Shown here one piece after another: positions 51,802 to 64,000 of a stretch of 64,000 nt of DNA. Source of the DNA: Gonapodya sp. JEL0774 (taxonomy: Eukaryota); NCBI GenBank assembly GCA_027604505.1, contig JADIIX010000087.1, positions 1 through 64,000 of the forward strand, written 5' to 3'. The notes under the pieces were generated by a model. That model ran no database searches and was not told the DNA's origin. It saw only the letters and a program-made list of their open reading frames with translations. Both the position numbers and the translations under genes were made by a program. The stretch's first letter is position 1; each line of letters begins with the position of its first letter.

Positions 51802-52066
51802 CCCAGAACCGGTGATACGAGGGGAGGAGGTGCTTTGTGTTACGACATTTGTTTCATGATTGTAATTGATAGCATTAAATTCATTGGAGGTCTTGGATGC
51901 GCACTGGGACTGTTGATTCAATCGTGATATAGCCAAAACGCAGAAAACTCGAAAGATTCCCATAATCCGCGGGGTCGTAACTTGTATTGTAAGCACCCCT
52001 TTTAAATACAATCAATAGCTGCCACTCTCATCACTCAATAAACGCTGGTCGCACGATCACTCACGA

Positions 52067-54235
52067 TCACTGAGGGGAAGACCTGGTTCACAAACATCGA
52101 ACCAATGCATGTCTGACATTCACTTACTTTGAAAAGACCGCTCTTCTTCTTCTTCTGTTCAGGCGACGTGGGTCTTCCTTCCGCGATAGCCTTCCGCCGT
52201 GAATCCAGTTCTGCGCGCTGTCGCTCCAGCTGTTCCTTCATTTCACGGTGCTTGGCGTACAGCTTCGGTACATATTCAATTCAGATCGTGTGACAACGTG
52301 CATCGGTGATAGAATAATTATTAGATTTGCCAAGCTGGCGGCAATCACTTTGAGAGTGTGGCTAACTCACCTCTTCCTCGGATTGTTTCAGCTTCGCCTC
52401 CTTCTCCGCCACCTTCTGTTGGAAAACGAGCTTCATCTCCTGTTCCATCTTCGCCATCTTGGCCTCGTGGGCTCTTTTCTCCTCCTCGAGTTTCACGAAG
52501 GGGCTGAATGAAATCGTTGGGGCGGGATTCATATCGGCGTAGAGTTATTTACGTGGATATGTCAATTGAATACACGACCATTCATCTCCGAATTTAACTT
52601 CTGTCGGACTCACTCTGGGTTGCCGTCAATAACTGGTCCTCCACCAGACATGATCTTCGAGGTCCTATACTGCTCGTAGAGAACCTGGTTGGTGTGCTCC
52701 TTCAGCTCTTCCATGTGAGTCCTGTAGGTTGTTTGTCACAGGGAACGGTTCGCGTGAATCAACATTTTGCGGTCACGATGAGGAACAATCACTCACCTAA
52801 TAAGCATCTGTCTGAGCTTAACGAAGTCGCAGTGGTCCTCGTTATCGACTTCAATCACACCCCACGGGTATTTACGGCCGCGGACCTTCTTGCCATTGAC
52901 ATCGTACTCCTGAGTGCTGCCCACGATGGCGAAGGGGATGCGTTCCTGTTGAATGTCTGCGTGAGCAAACCAATCACGCTGGTGTATGGAATGTCGAACT
53001 GACCAAGATTTTCTTGGTTTCGTCAATTGTTTCGGCGTCGTCACCCTCGTAAATCTGGGGCTTGTAGATGTCAATTTTGTTTGCTGCGATGTCGTCAAGA
53101 ATCTAGGCACAACGGGCAACGTTAAGAGCTTTGCCGGTTTCCCATCGTGAAATAAACATGTTGTTCATCATTTTTGAGATACCAACCCTCTGCTTGAAGA
53201 GCTTGATCTCCTCGTCCGTCAGAGTGTCGGACTTGGCAATTACGGGTATGAGGTTGACGCGCTGGTGGAGACGACGCATGAACTCGATGTCGAGAGGCTT
53301 GAGGCTGCAAGGCGTTGGCAGTTGTGAAAGAACAAGTACACGCGGTTTACATTGATTCGAATTACATAAAGGGGATTGTTCGGGCTTGGTGCCCTCCGCG
53401 CGTCTTTACAATACTCACGAGTGGCCAGTGGGCGCAATGAAGTACAAGCATGCGTGGACACGGTTGTCTACGATCCTCTTGCGGTTGACACGGTTTTCTT
53501 GCTCGAGGTAGGAGTCGAAGCGAGACTCGATGGCGGCCAGGATGGGGCGCCAAGAATCCTCATTATTGACAAAGTCACCGAACCCCGGGGTGTCGATGAC
53601 AGTGAGCTTGAGCTTAACCCCCGACTCCTCGATGTCTATAAGAGATGGGAAGGGATCAAGGATGAGTAGGTATCATCACTCGACACTGTCCTCTGTTCAC
53701 CCAATTCACAATCATTCTTTCTACAAAGTCGATGTTCTTCTCCCATTCAACAAACGGATTCAGTGCTTATGTAATGACGCACCTGCGCTGATAGCCTGAA
53801 TGTCAACTGTCTTCGGAGTCTCTACAGATGGCTCCACTTCAACCTTGGCAGGGTAGATGGACGTGTTGAAAAGAGTGTTAACGAGAGTAGACTTTCCGAG
53901 TCCAGACTCGCCTGGAAGAGCAGAGAAGAGACGCAGAGGGTTGAAAATCTTGTGTGGCGAAACATCCAGAGAGGATGTCGACAATATCTCACCGACAACC
54001 ATGAGGTTGAAGAAGAAGCCCTTCTTGATGGACTTCCTGTGAACCTGGTTAGGGAGGTTCGAAAAGCCAACGTAGCCGTTCAGCTGTTTCTTGACAACTG
54101 GTAGGAAAGTGCGTGGCGGAATGGACCAAATCCGGCATTACCAGCAGACGACCAAGGATACAAAGCCAGAAGGTCAACAGCATTGAAACTTAAGACTATG
54201 GACCGTGTGCTCCACGCACCAGGAATCTGCATCAT
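52067..54235 (-). CDS. CDC3: Septin, Cdc3/AspB group
   Basis: [78 protein letters not shown], and a C-terminal coiled coil ending KKKKSGLFK. Confidence 0.93.
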
Positions 54236-54756
54236 CTTTGCGAGAAGTTGAAGGGGTACGACAGATGGAACAAAAGGGGACCGGGGACGAGCCGAAAAAA
54301 AGGGGTCTGGGCGAGGGGTTCGTGACAAGTTGAAAATCAGCCAAGGACGAGTGCGCGATCGTTATGAGTTCTTGATCCTCACTGAGCGGAATTGGGTGCG
54401 GAAACTCGGGCTGGTTGGGTGTGCTGGACTTCGAGTGTGGCGCTTCCACCTCACAGTTCCTTCTCAATTGCCGTTTGCAACCACCAGAATCAATGCAATG
54501 GTTTCCAAACCAGAACGAGCCCCGATTCCTCGAAGAGCAATAAAGCATTGATTCTGTGAAGATAGTTATTAGTTCAGTAGCTGATCCAGTTTGGAATTAT
54601 AGTTGAAGGTTCAACTACTTTATGAAAATGGAAATGATACATCAAAAATTCTTTTCCGTACCTATTCAAGGACATTAACTTGGACTCAGGGTGTATGCAA
54701 TTGTGTACTATATAAGTATTCGTGATATCATCGGGAGAGATGGCATAAGCGACATA

Positions 54757-56001
54757 ATGGACATCTTTGGCTCTGTTGCTGAGCGCCTCGAGGAGGAGAG
54801 CGACGTAAGAGAGGTGACTTTTCTCTAGTTTCCACTGGCAACGGTCTTGAACTCAGATCCTCGTTACTTGTCACAGAAAGTTAGGATGGTTGTTCGCGAT
54901 TTCGGTAAGTCCGACCGATGACGGTAAATCGGTAAATCCGAATGAAAATACTTTCATATCATTTTATCTCGTGCAAGCGATGCGATACCCTTCTGACTCT
55001 CTCTGCCCTGCGAAACACCAGACAAGGTTGTTCGATCGACAAATGCGATACTCACAGATATATACTCCGATGCATCCGATACCCGTGAGTGCTTTGTGGC
55101 TCACGCAGTGTCAAGCGGTACACTTTGACTGCTATACGCATTACTGAGCTGAGCGCTCCACATCACAGGCATTCGCCACCAGACAGAAGTTGCAGAGGCC
55201 CGCTTACCCGCTATCCGCACAGAGTTTGCGAAGATACAGAAGCTCGTACCCCCCGAATTGTTCTTTAAGTGAGTCTCATTTTTTTTTGGGGGGGGGGGGA
55301 GGGGGGACTTCAGTTTCATGACGGTTGGAACGTCCCCCCATTGTGGGACTCGTTTTACTTGGCACTAAACACAATGGGCTTCTTGTTCAGGTACAACGAT
55401 ATGTGGCGCATATCTCTGCAGCAATCTGTCTATATCACTGCCATGATCGTCTACTTGCGGCACTCCAGGCTTATCACCTTTGACGAAGTTGAAGGTTTCC
55501 TTGGTCGTGAGAATCACCCGGTTTTGGTCCATTCTGATTGTCAACATGGACATATCTGACTCTCACTGGAATGTAGTCAAAGTTCTCTTCGCCTCTCCTT
55601 CTCCACCGGCGTTCCACATCACAGGGGAAGATTTTCTGCATGCGGTAATCTCCCGTGAGCCAGGCGCTTGTTCGAACTCTACTGATCACTCATCTTACTT
55701 CCATTTGCTGACTTCTTAGTGATTTCTGACCTCTCTCGCCTGTCCATCAACTCAGTTACGTCTGGCGATTACTCTCGTCCGCGAGCTATTCTCTCTTTCA
55801 TTACGCAACTGCACTGTAAGATTTGCGTTGGGAGTGCCCCAGACAACCTAATTTAACATTCCTCTCTTTCCAGCGGGTTTCCAGATGCTCAGTTTGAAGA
55901 ATGATTCTCTTAGAAAGCGGAGCGATGCTGTGAAATATGACTTGCAGAGGTGTGAGCAAGTCGTCTACGATTTGTCTGTAAGAGGTTTGATCAAGGAGTG
56001 A
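54757..56001 (+). CDS. Translin (TSN)
   Basis: MDIFGSVAERLEEESDVRE..., KYNDMWRISLQ, FHITGEDFLHA, SRLSINSVTSGDYSRP, GFQMLSLKNDSLRKRSDAVKYDLQRCEQVVYDLSVRGL; many short exons. Confidence 0.92.
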
Positions 56002-56091
56002 CAAGGCAGCCTACGAATCGATAAAGAATTGTTTGCGAAAATTTCATATTTACATAACGCAATTTCAATGCACTTTGCTTCTCAGAACCCT

Positions 56092-59000
56092 TTAACTCGG
56101 CTTTGTTCGGTGAAGAACGTCCTGAATGAGCTCCCCCCACTCCTTCTGAAACCTATCCACCCCAAATCTCTGCTGTACATCTAATGAAGTATTTCGCATC
56201 TTTTGTTCAAGTTGACTGTCTCCGCGAAACGGCTTTTCTTCGAGCCACCACAGCACCTCCCGCGCCATCGCACGGGAGATACGTGCGCGCTCTAGCACCC
56301 CAGCTTTTCCTACTGTTGCGCAATCCGCGTCAATTAGCGAGCCAAGCATATGTCTAAAAGCTCCTGGAGCGTCATCACCTCCAGGCACTGCTTTTAATTT
56401 CTCGCTGTTGGTGTATATCTCCTCCACCCCACCACATCGCAATGTCACAGTGGGTACTCCGTAAGCAGCGGCTTCTATAAAAGTCAAAGGGATGCCTTCA
56501 TTACGTGAGGTTGAGAGCAATACAGAGTCACCGCGAGCAAGTATCCGTGTTACATTGTTCCGGGTTTGAGGTCCCAAAAGATCCACGAATTGATGGAAGT
56601 CCGGGGGATCAGAGCAGGTTTTGGATCCATCTATGCCTTCAGCACGACATCTTGCCCTCATGTAAAGCCTTTCCATCACCTCTCGCTCCATAGGCCCACC
56701 ACCAGCAACCACCAAACGAGGTGGCTTTGTTTTGCCGGCACCTCGAACAACCAGCGCCCCAATATCCAGCCACAGGAGCGGATCTTTCTGTTCGTCGAGG
56801 CGCCCTAAAAATAATACAAGAGGCCCCGTCCGCACAAGGTCAGACACATCTGATGGATCAGCATATCCTCCGTCAGGAGGGACGAATGGAGGACGGATGG
56901 CTCGAAGTTTTCTATCCTCTGTTATCGGATCGGCAAAGGGTCGGCCAAGCGACTGGTGCTCGACTGGCGATGGTTGACCAATATTCTGATGCCCTGCACG
57001 CACATTGTTAATGAGGTAGGATCGAAGATGCGCGCTGGCAGTCACACGCCCCTCAAGCGCCCACGAGGAGCGGCCAGATCGCCACTCCCAGTCAGACACT
57101 GAGTTGGGTGAAGGCATGTGGAGAATGTCAATTGCAGGCACACCAGGAATATCGGTACTACCGTGCCATCGCTCGGCGGCAGAGTAACCCGCTTCTGCGC
57201 GGCTCACAATAAGGAGCGACGCTTTTCTTGAGACAGCAAGGTAGTCTAATATCGCGTCTTGATGGGCGGTGTTGTTGGTCATTGTTTGAAGGTGCCATAT
57301 CTCGTTAGCAACAGTGCGGAAAACTTTCTCCCAGGGGTGATCAGCAAGATGACGTGCCACAACCAGGACGATGTGAGCAGTTGAATGCATTTTCTTGATA
57401 GCCCTGAGGGCTTCGAGATCATAGAGGTCGGCCCCTCCCATTGTCATCCATGGGAGGACATAGAGAACAACGAAACGATGTGGTTTTACTTGGTGGAAAG
57501 TTGGGTTGAAGGGGAAAATGGGATACGTTGCTGCATGTGACAGCAACGGACCTTGCGCTTTCATTGTATTACCAACAAATCGTTCCAGAATTGATTTGCG
57601 TTTCTCGCGATGGTAGCGAGAGAACAGAGGAACGTGGCGCTGCTTGGAATCGAGTGGCTGGTAGCAAGGCAGAAACATAGTTCTCCCAGTTGACTCGTTC
57701 CCGGGAGGTTTGGAAGTCCAGCGAGATTGAACAATAGTTGACAACTCTGATGAGTCGAAGTCACCGAAGAAGCTTGGATTATTCTTTCGCACTTCATCAT
57801 GAACGATCGAGTCATTGGGAGAGATTATTTTGATAGCTGCAGAATTTCCCAATGTGTGCCGCCGGTAGTGGAAAAGCGGCTCACGCAGAAGTGACCCAAT
57901 ATGACCAAATGCGGCCAAGCGCACCCAAAACTCCCAGTCCTTGCAAGAGGAGAAGCACACGTGACTAAAAGTAACTTCCGTTCTGACAAGCGGTCCTTAC
58001 CTCGAAGTACCGTATTTTCTCTCGTGAACACATTCCCCCGACTTGTAGAAAGGACGCTTTTGTAATCGCAGCCGTTGCAGTCAGATAATTTTCCTTGCGC
58101 AGCCGCTGTGCTGAATATTCTGCATATACTGTATCCTCATGATCACCGAAATGAACAACTCCCGTATAAACGAAAGAGGTTCGGTAACCAGATCGCCGAT
58201 TCTTTGGTTTTGGGAGAGAGTACGCGTCAGTGTCAGTTGTGATCCGCTGTCGAACCGTGATAGCGAGTTTTTCAAGGGCCATTTGGTCCAAATAGTCGTC
58301 AGGGTCGAGAAAGATTACATACTCGCTCTTCGAGAGGATGACTCCTGTATTACGCGTTTCAGAAAGACCCATGTTACGCCAGTGACCCACAAGCCTAACA
58401 GGCATGCAAGATGGGTCCACAGTGTCATTGTTGGAGGGAGGATACCAAAACAAACCGCCTGTCCGTTGTGGTCCCAACACCTGCCGCAGCATTGCTTCTG
58501 CTGCTGCGTCCGACCCATCGTTAATAATGATCACCTCAAAATCACTAAACGACTGAGAAGCAAGAGAGTCAAGAGTTTCGCGTAGCCAATTTTCTTCCCA
58601 AACATTGTAAAACGGAACAATGACCGAAATGGCAGGACTCCACAGTCGCTTCAAGCGTGAAAAAGTACGTAGCGGTGGAAGCCCTGGAAGTTCTTCTACG
58701 AATGTGGTGGATTCGGTAGGTCCAACAAAGAGGTGATAATTGTGGAACAGCAGGGGTACAGGGAGGTCCATCCCCCACACATGAGCAGTCGCCATTCTTA
58801 TCCACATACTTCTAAGCGCCTGTCGTGGTGTGGAATAAGGCTCATTCGACAAGTCCTCCTGCCAAAGTTCTGCGAGACAGACAGTCCATCCAACAACTGC
58901 GGCACTCTCAAGGAACAGTTGCCGAGCGTCATACACGTACGAAGGAGATGAGAGATTTAATCTTTCAAATTTGTTTGAACTCTCAAACTGGAAATCTGAC

Positions 59001-59761
59001 GCGAAGAGTGCAAATTCGTAGGCGTTCCATTGCATTGTGGGTAATTCTTCAAACGTCCCGTTTTCGTGACGCACAAGAGCACCAGGCCGCATCCAGCAAG
59101 TCTCTGTTCCAGCATCCTTTACGATACCGTCGTCAGACGATAGATCAGCCGCTATCAGTGCCTTTAGCATTGTCGCGACCGCGTCGTTTGAAACAAAGCT
59201 CTGACATCCGTCCAGGTACAAAATGGCGGTGTCCCTTGAACTATGCAAGGCGCTGGGACACGGGGCTAGCGTGTTAGAGATAAAGTAGTGCGCTTCACGG
59301 CGTCTTTGCACAAAGTTCCAGTGTGGACTTTTCGACCACATCAGGTGAACTCCCACATTGGAAGCTTCATTAAGCCACGCGCCGGTCACTGGAAGTAAAC
59401 TCTCATCCACATTGTCACTGTTGTAGGCATCAGCATCAATTAGTAGCACGATTGAAATGTTATGGCGGTCGTCTAGGAAGGTCTGCTGTTGGATGGAACC
59501 CAGCGCAACCGACGCCGAGGGTACATCAGGGCACGAGAGAGAAACAAGCACGCATTTAGGCGAGTCGGGAATGTACTGTCTGATCTCAAATCTGTGAGAA
59601 AGAAACGTTGGGGATGCTGGATATCTGATCACCCACAAGTTCGCTTGCTTTGGAATGGAATGAAATTCTTCACTCTGGAAGGGTGACTGCCATCGACGTA
59701 TTGCAGCAGCAAAAAACCCCATTGCAATGGTCGAAAAAAGTATCACGCGGGTGGTAAACAT
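56092..59761 (-). CDS. GT2 + GT4 fusion glycosyltransferase, about 1200 aa, N-terminal signal anchor
   Basis: GT2: ISVIVPFYN...EVIIINDGS...GLSETRNTG...FLDPDD...FE/DWEFW across one 61-nt intron (57940-58000). GT4: LPWMTMGGAD, LGRLDEQKDP, SRNEGIPLTFIEAAAYGVP. Confidence 0.92.
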
Positions 59762-59993
59762 CTGTTGTGGGAGATACAACGCATGGGGGGAAAGCTCTCC
59801 GCCGATGCAGAACTGCTGATCCCACCACACAACTGCTCCCACAACAATGAAACAATGTCAATATTACAATCGGACAAGACTAGCGTCTGCTACAACAGTG
59901 CTATATGAGAAAGTTCAGCTCCCAAAATTTTCGAGTGACAGCTCATATCTACGACTGGCGACGTATTTGCAGAAGGCATCCAATTACCAAACA

Positions 59994-61014
<1,021 letters not shown>

Positions 61015-61182
61015 TGTTTACGTTCCAAGATATCGAGATTGGAGAGTTCGCCCTCTTATTGTGTGATTGTGGGTATATACGGCCTGGTGCGGTTGATCCA
61101 CTTCTGCCACACTACTGCACCGTTTCGACGTTTGTCGACTGTCTCAATCTTATCACCCAGCGGAGACTCGCATTCCACAACG

Positions 61183-64000
61183 ATGCCGCAGACGCTTATC
61201 AAGTCGAAAAGCATCGAAACGGCCTCTCTCCACGCTCAACTGCCTCTCATACAGCGTCTTTACGTCTGGCCATTCTTCTTCGTCTACTCCGCTTATGTCC
61301 ACGTCCTCGTTGTCAAATATGATGAATGGCTTCAATCCAGTGAAGCCGCCACTTTGGCATTCATTATTTGCTTTAGTCTGAACGTTCTGGCCGTACTAGC
61401 GTGTCAATGGAACGTCACAATTAAGGCAAACGTGGTTTGCCGAAAGGTAAGCAAGTGTACGGGATTCTAGGAGCCATCAAAAGGCGATGAAGCTCTATCT
61501 TCATCGTGAATGAAGCTGCAGTGGTTGCTCAACCTTTTTCGCTGTTAAAATTCATCCCAGGTTCATAATCCGTTCGTTGCGGACTACGTTCGTGTCATAC
61601 CCGTTGCACACCATGGTTCTGGTGCGCTTTGTGAACTCAAGAAGTCTCTTTACCGAGATCCCAAAACTGCCAAGGTCAGTTTTTACTCTGCGTTCTTGTC
61701 GCCATCCTGACCTGACATCAGAATACCTTCGTTGGTTCCCAACTCTTGGACAACACAGCTCACGTCACAGGTGTACTTCTTCTTCCAGAAAAAGAAGTAC
61801 ATTTTTGATAATGATACTAAGATGTTTGTGAAACTGTACTATCCGACCGCCGAGTCCCATACTCTCGGGGTGTTTCAAACCGCTCGAGGTTTCTCAACGG
61901 AAGAGGAGCTCAAACACATTGTAGATAAGTACGGACCAAATAAGTAAGTCCATTTTCGCACATTCTTTCCAGTGTATAGTTTGGGTATCAAGGAGGCATC
62001 CTTCTACAGGTTCGATATCCCCATTCCCACGTTCCAGGAACTATTTCAAGAGCACCTCGTCGCTCCTTTCTTCGTGTTCCAAATATTTTGCGTGGGACTT
62101 TGGTTTTTGGATGATATGTGGTACTACTCTCTGTTCACCTTGGGAATGCTATTCGTTTTCGAGTCAACAGTCGTGATGCAGGTGAGAGGAACACTAAATT
62201 CTCATATCCACGAACGCCAATCATCGCTCTACATGTGATCGCAAGCGCCTTCAAAACCTGAAGGAAATGCACTCTATGGGCATTAAACCCTACGAAATCA
62301 ACGCTTTTCGGCAAGGCCAGTGGGTCAAGGTCTCTACTGACCAACTCTTTCCCGGTGACCTCGTTTCGATTGTTCGGACTAAGGAGGATTCCGCTGTACC
62401 TTGTGATGTCCTTCTTCTTGACGGGACTGCTATTGTCAATGAAGCAATGCTCTCTGGAGAATCGACGCCTCTGCTCAAGGAGTCTGTTGCTCAATCGGAC
62501 CCCCAAGAAGTGCTTGACATTTCGTCAGTTCACAAGAACAATGTGCTTTTCGGTGGTACGAAAGTGCTTCAGGCTACGCCACCGACGGTTCGACTGGATA
62601 TCGTTCCCCCTGATCATGGATCTGTGGGATATGTGCTCCGAACTGGTTTCGGGACCTCCCAGGGGAAGCTCGTGAGAACAATTTTGTACAGTTCGGAGCG
62701 CGTCACTGCCAACAACATCGAGGCATTTGTCTTCATTATCTTCTTGCTTATTTTTGCGATTCTTGCGTCAGCATACGTGTGGGTTGAGGGGACCAAAAAC
62801 GAATTGAGGAAAAAGTCCAAAATTTTGCTCGACTGTGGTGAGTTCTCTTATGTGGTTTTTGCCAACGGTCCGCACTGTTTTACCTAGACCCGTGTGAAAT
62901 CTTCCAATCATTGGTAACGATCTTTTAGTACTCATTATCACCTCTGTGGTCCCACCGGAATTGCCCATGGAGCTCTCACTCGCCGTTAATAACTCTATCA
63001 TCGCGCTTTCTCGGGTCTACATTTTCTGCACTGAGCCGTTCCGTATTCCGTTTGCCGGACGCCTGGACGTGCTGGCTTTTGACAAGACCGGAACACTTAC
63101 CGATTCCTCCCTTGTCGTGGAAGGTGTCAGTGGACTCGACCCTGATCCGAAAACAATTCGCAAGCCGCTGGATATTCCGTCTGAAACCACCATGGTCTTA
63201 GCTGCGGCGCATGCCCTCGTGTTTGTGGATGATGCAGTGGTTGGGGACCCAATGGAACGTAGCACAGTTGCTTCTGTCGGATGGCTGGTTGGTCGGAATG
63301 ATGTGGTGACAGGCCAAAAGGGAGCCACACTCAAAGGTGGTTTAAAGATTCTCCGTCGCTTCCAGTTCGCGTCAGCACTGAAGCGGATGTCTTCGGTGGC
63401 ATCCTACGACAATGGAAGCGGAAGCTCTGTGTACTATGTTGCTGTAAAAGGCGCCCCAGAAACTCTCAGGGGAATGTACTCCAACCTTCCTGCGGGTTAT
63501 GACGCGTGCTACAAATATTGGGCGAGAAGGGGGAGCAGAGTGCTGGCACTTGGCTACAAACAAGTCCGAGGTTCCGATGTGAGATGGTATTGTTGTTGGA
63601 TGTGGGCTGCGGCGGAGAGCTAACTTCGAACTTACTGCGACCAGACCAAAGATTTGAGCAGAGAGCAGGCGGAGTGTGCATTGAAATTCGCAGGTTTTCT
63701 TATTTTCCATTGCCCACTGAAGCCGGACACTGTTGAGGCTGTGAAAGCTCTGAGCAAATCTTCGCACAGAGTACGAGTTATTTTCGTTAAACAATTGCTG
63801 TGTGTCCGAGAATTAAACGTTTTGAATCAGGTAATCATGATCACAGGCGATAATCCTCTCACTGCCAGCCATGTCGCCGCTGAAGTTGAGATCACCAAAC
63901 GGGAAGTGCTCATCCTTGAAGAAAATTCAACAGGAGGTAAGGCGACGCTTTGATTCGAATGATTGCACAATCACGACAGCTTTTGGGTAGACCTCACTTG
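61183..64000 (+). CDS. SPF1: P5A-type ATPase Spf1/ATP13A1 (truncated by the window end)
   Basis: [74 protein letters not shown]. Confidence 0.97.

Noticed and set aside
55278..55306. T9-G11 homopolymer run (also a G run at about 28234-28243)
   Set aside because: Intronic low-complexity tracts; G-quadruplex potential but nothing else supports a function.

Overview
Gene-dense, intron-rich eukaryotic DNA of roughly 50% GC with short GT-AG introns. It is most consistent with an early-diverging, probably flagellated (chytrid-like) fungus; this is inferred from gene content only. About 21 protein-coding genes can be reconstructed by reading across introns: SAC3/THP3(LENG8)-like, a Nudix hydrolase, a GH1 beta-glycosidase, APC6/Cdc16, mitochondrial uS4 (NAM9), an EH-domain protein, a tandem DsbA/HCCA-isomerase protein, glycyl-tRNA synthetase, a 12.5-kb SMG1 kinase, a ZBBX-like protein, a CBS-PB1 protein, proteasome beta4, a SHLD2-like OB-fold protein, RAD6, septin CDC3, translin, a GT2-GT4 fusion, AMMECR1 (missed by the ORF track) and the P5A ATPase SPF1. 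Two gene-poor stretches (about 16.3-20.9 kb and 44.2-47 kb) hold a decayed-looking region, a 15/30-bp minisatellite and an inverted-repeat element. The most interesting signals are: (1) a SHLD2 (shieldin)-like gene next to RAD6; (2) SMG1 in a fungus; (3) outlier introns in GlyRS and RAD6 carrying RNA hairpins or candidate poison exons, suggesting splicing-NMD regulation; (4) a ZBBX homolog without its B-box; (5) several bacterial-type enzymes. Exon boundaries were inferred by eye, homologies come from remembered motifs, and no searches were run.
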